Below the pieces are notes generated by a model, which was given only the letters and a program-made list of their open reading frames with translations, ran no database searches and was not told where the DNA came from. Positions 61,592-64,000 of a stretch of 64,000 nucleotides of DNA are shown here, piece by piece. Position 1 is the stretch's first letter, and every line of letters begins with the position of its first letter. The translations under genes were made by a program, and so were the position numbers. This DNA is from Minutocellus sp. GHC0000111 (taxonomy: Eukaryota), in assembly GCA_977018835.1 (NCBI GenBank), contig OZ361259.1, positions 3,472,001 through 3,536,000 of the forward strand, written 5' to 3'.

Positions 61592-62629
61592 ATGCCAGCG
61601 TCTGGCCGATTCACCCATCCGTCGCCCCTCCCGACTATTGCCGGTTTTCCTTGCCTCGTCGACACACTGGCCGATGAGCCACCGCCGGTCACCACCGAGC
61701 TCAGTCGGCAGCACAACTGTGAGCGGTATGTTTCTACGTACAGCAAGTCACAGCAGATCATCCGAGACAAGGTCATATTGTTTGGTCGGGATGCGGCGAA
61801 GCAGTATGTGGTGGACGCTGCAACGAGTTCCCTCTTGGGTGGAAGTACAAATAGCGCCAATATCAATTCGGTACCGCACAAGGGATTTGGGACACAACCA
61901 GTACAGAAATTACTGGACGCTGGAGTTGTCTATCGGCCTCGTGATCAAAAGATGGCAAACAAGGACGTGTTTGTACGAGAGTGGAGTCTGAAGGACTTTT
62001 GGGAATTCACCTCATGGCCACGTGATGCCGATAGGGAGGGAAATGCCAGATACGGACTGCCGGTTCTAGACACGGAAGATTTTGGTCTGGTATATGCCAT
62101 GTCGTTGGCGGAAGACGAGGCCAACGCAATGGCGGAAGAAGGGGATGGTAGCGGGGATGAGGAATCCACGCCGTCACTTCGTCGTAATGCACCTAGCCGA
62201 CTGTCGCGTGGAGCCGCCGACAATCCGTATGTGCTGGATGTCAATGGCGTGGAGGGTCTCAATCGCCAGATTGTCGGTCCGCGAAAGCACGCCGTCGTCT
62301 TTTGCAGTGCCTTATGGTGCCGCACTTGCCGATCGCGCAAGCCCAAATATGACAAGATTGCAAGAGAAGCCGGTGATGATAACGGAAATCACGGCAAAGA
62401 AGAGATAGCATTCGCAGAAGCGGATACCACAGGTACACAAGGCAAAATTCTTTTTTGATATCTGGACGTTGAGGCGGTGCCTGCTTTTGTTTAGTTCAAG
62501 TCTGGAAAAATCTATGGCGAGCTTTTATCGATATTTCGGCTACCATCTAAGAAGGTCAATCTGGCGGTCGAGCTTCTCCGATCTGGCCAAGAATACGATG
62601 CCAAAGCAATTGATGCGCTGGAGCGATAA
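61592..62629 (+). pseudogene. Thioredoxin-domain protein (WCRTC) with two in-frame stops
   Basis: VVFCSALWCRTCRSRKPKY...FAEAD. The frame continues past TGA (62456-62458) and TAG (62492-62494) as YLDVEAVPAFV*FKSGK (cis-Pro strand) to TAA at 62627-62629. The 5' end is uncertain. Confidence 0.7.
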
Positions 62630-63402
62630 TAACACAAATAAATTATGTGAAGCAATGTTTTACTGGCAGGTAGTGAACGACAATATATATGCACTTGCTG
62701 GTGCTATAGCTCGAGGATTATCTCTTCACAAGCGATCGAGACTCCACTTTAAACGTGGTTCCAAAGAGGAAAGGGCTAGCTACGTAGGGTACTTGTAGTG
62801 GAGGAAGCCAAGTCTCATTTGATTTGGAGACTGGCCGATGCTCCGAGGGGAATGGATTCAGAGCCCGTCATCATTCGAGTAGGGAATGTGGACACTGCGA
62901 GCAATTCCGAGGTTACAGGGGTGGCACTGAACATCACTACGAATAAGAAAGACGAAAATTAACTAACTATCGGTGAATTGCCTCAAACCTATTGATCTTG
63001 TCCCCTCAGATGACAAATCGACGAACGTTGACGTACTAGTAGATTCTAAAATGGAAGTTTATGTTACTGCTTACCAATACAAAAAATCATCGAGCTCTTC
63101 ATTGTGCAGCCTCCACGTATATCGGCCGATCGTCTAAGCCCCACGATACTACTACCCGTAGTAGCATCTACTTCCCGGGCTGGAAAGGCACTGCCATACT
63201 ATGCGTTGAGATTGAGAACACAAATAGTAAAAAAGGCCCGAATCAGCAGCATCGGCACAGACTGTCAATCGTCATCATCATCATCTTCTTCTTCTTCTTC
63301 ATCTTCTTGTTCATGTAATACCGGTAATCCACCCACCGTCCACTTCGGTCCAGCGCAGTCCCCAAGGCGGTAGATTCGAACGTAATGGCAGACCCATCGT
63401 CA

Positions 63403-63795
63403 TCAGACCAGGTCGACCAGACGGCCGACGGTCTCCACGCTGCGAGCCTCGGCCTGCTCCCTCTGGCTGCGAGACTCGGCCAGCATGGTCTCGAGGCGGC
63501 TGACCTTGGCGCGGACGGAAATGAGGTCGCTGGACAGGGTGGCCTTCTCGTCGCGGAGGGCCGACATACCGGTCTCCATCTCGGTGCGGAATGGGACGAG
63601 ACCACTGGCCAGGGTGGAGGTGTGCTCGACGAGCTGACGGAGATCCTCCACCTCGCGGCGGGTAAGGGCGTTCGACGCGATCATGGACATCTCCAGCAGC
63701 GCACCGGCGCCGGCACCGGCGACGCCGGCAGTGGCGGCAGCAGTGTCGTCCTGGTTGGCAGGGGTGGCGTCAGGGGAAGAGTTTGCGTCAGACAT
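63403..63795 (-). CDS. Small coiled-coil hypothetical protein
   Basis: ATG ORF with GC3-rich codons and a heptad-like LRDEKATLSSDLISVRAKVSRLETML segment. Confidence 0.55.
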   Translation of the reverse strand: MSDANSSPDATPANQDDTAAATAGVAGAGAGALLEMSMIASNALTRREVEDLRQLVEHTSTLASGLVPFRTEMETGMSALRDEKATLSSDLISVRAKVSRLETMLAESRSQREQAEARSVETVGRLVDLV

Positions 63796-64000
63796 AATTG
63801 GTGTTGCTTTTGGATCGGTGGTTGGGGTTGGGGTTCCGAGATTGATTCCGAGCGAGAGTTGACGCCCGTTTTTATTTTAGAGTTGGTACGTAGCCTTGTA
63901 CGTACCGTTAGTTTTCTTCTATTTTTTCCAAGAATTTGGGATAAAATGTCGAAAATTACAAAGTTCTTCGTCCTTCCGTCGTTGGTTCGCTGCTGCTGCT

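Noticed and set aside
9599..62494. Alternative genetic code (stop reassignment)
   Set aside because: All three stop codons appear as internal lesions and also as normal terminators, and the longest genes contain none.

Overview
This is eukaryotic, intron-containing genomic DNA, almost certainly from a diatom. The evidence is signal peptide + 'xAF' bipartite plastid presequences, RxL/KxxK-rich secreted proteins and expanded MYND/Sel1 families; the taxon is inferred, not proven. The first ~26 kb is an accessory, decaying zone. It holds chimeric gene fragments, an uncharacterised paralogous family partly linked to kinase domains, a pogo-type HTH + 2OG-Fe(II) dioxygenase pseudogene, a Ser/Thr kinase and an HSF-like factor. 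The highlight is an intronless ~2,500-aa ORF (26.6-34.1 kb). It fuses ACBP, a DegT-type PLP aminotransferase, a TM hairpin, fatty acyl-CoA reductase, DHAP acyltransferase and alkyl-DHAP synthase, i.e. an ether-lipid pathway in one polypeptide with an unexpected aminotransferase. Next come a vWA protein and an ABCD transporter whose two consecutive introns are near-identical copies (introner-like). After those lie MYND/Sel1 proteins, a cingulin-like secreted protein, TIC21/DUF3611, a helical-repeat plastid protein, a CBM14 protein, a giant anoctamin and a thioredoxin-domain gene. Many genes carry in-frame stops or single-base frameshifts, and those in homopolymers may be assembly errors. All domain calls come from reading motifs by eye; no searches were run.
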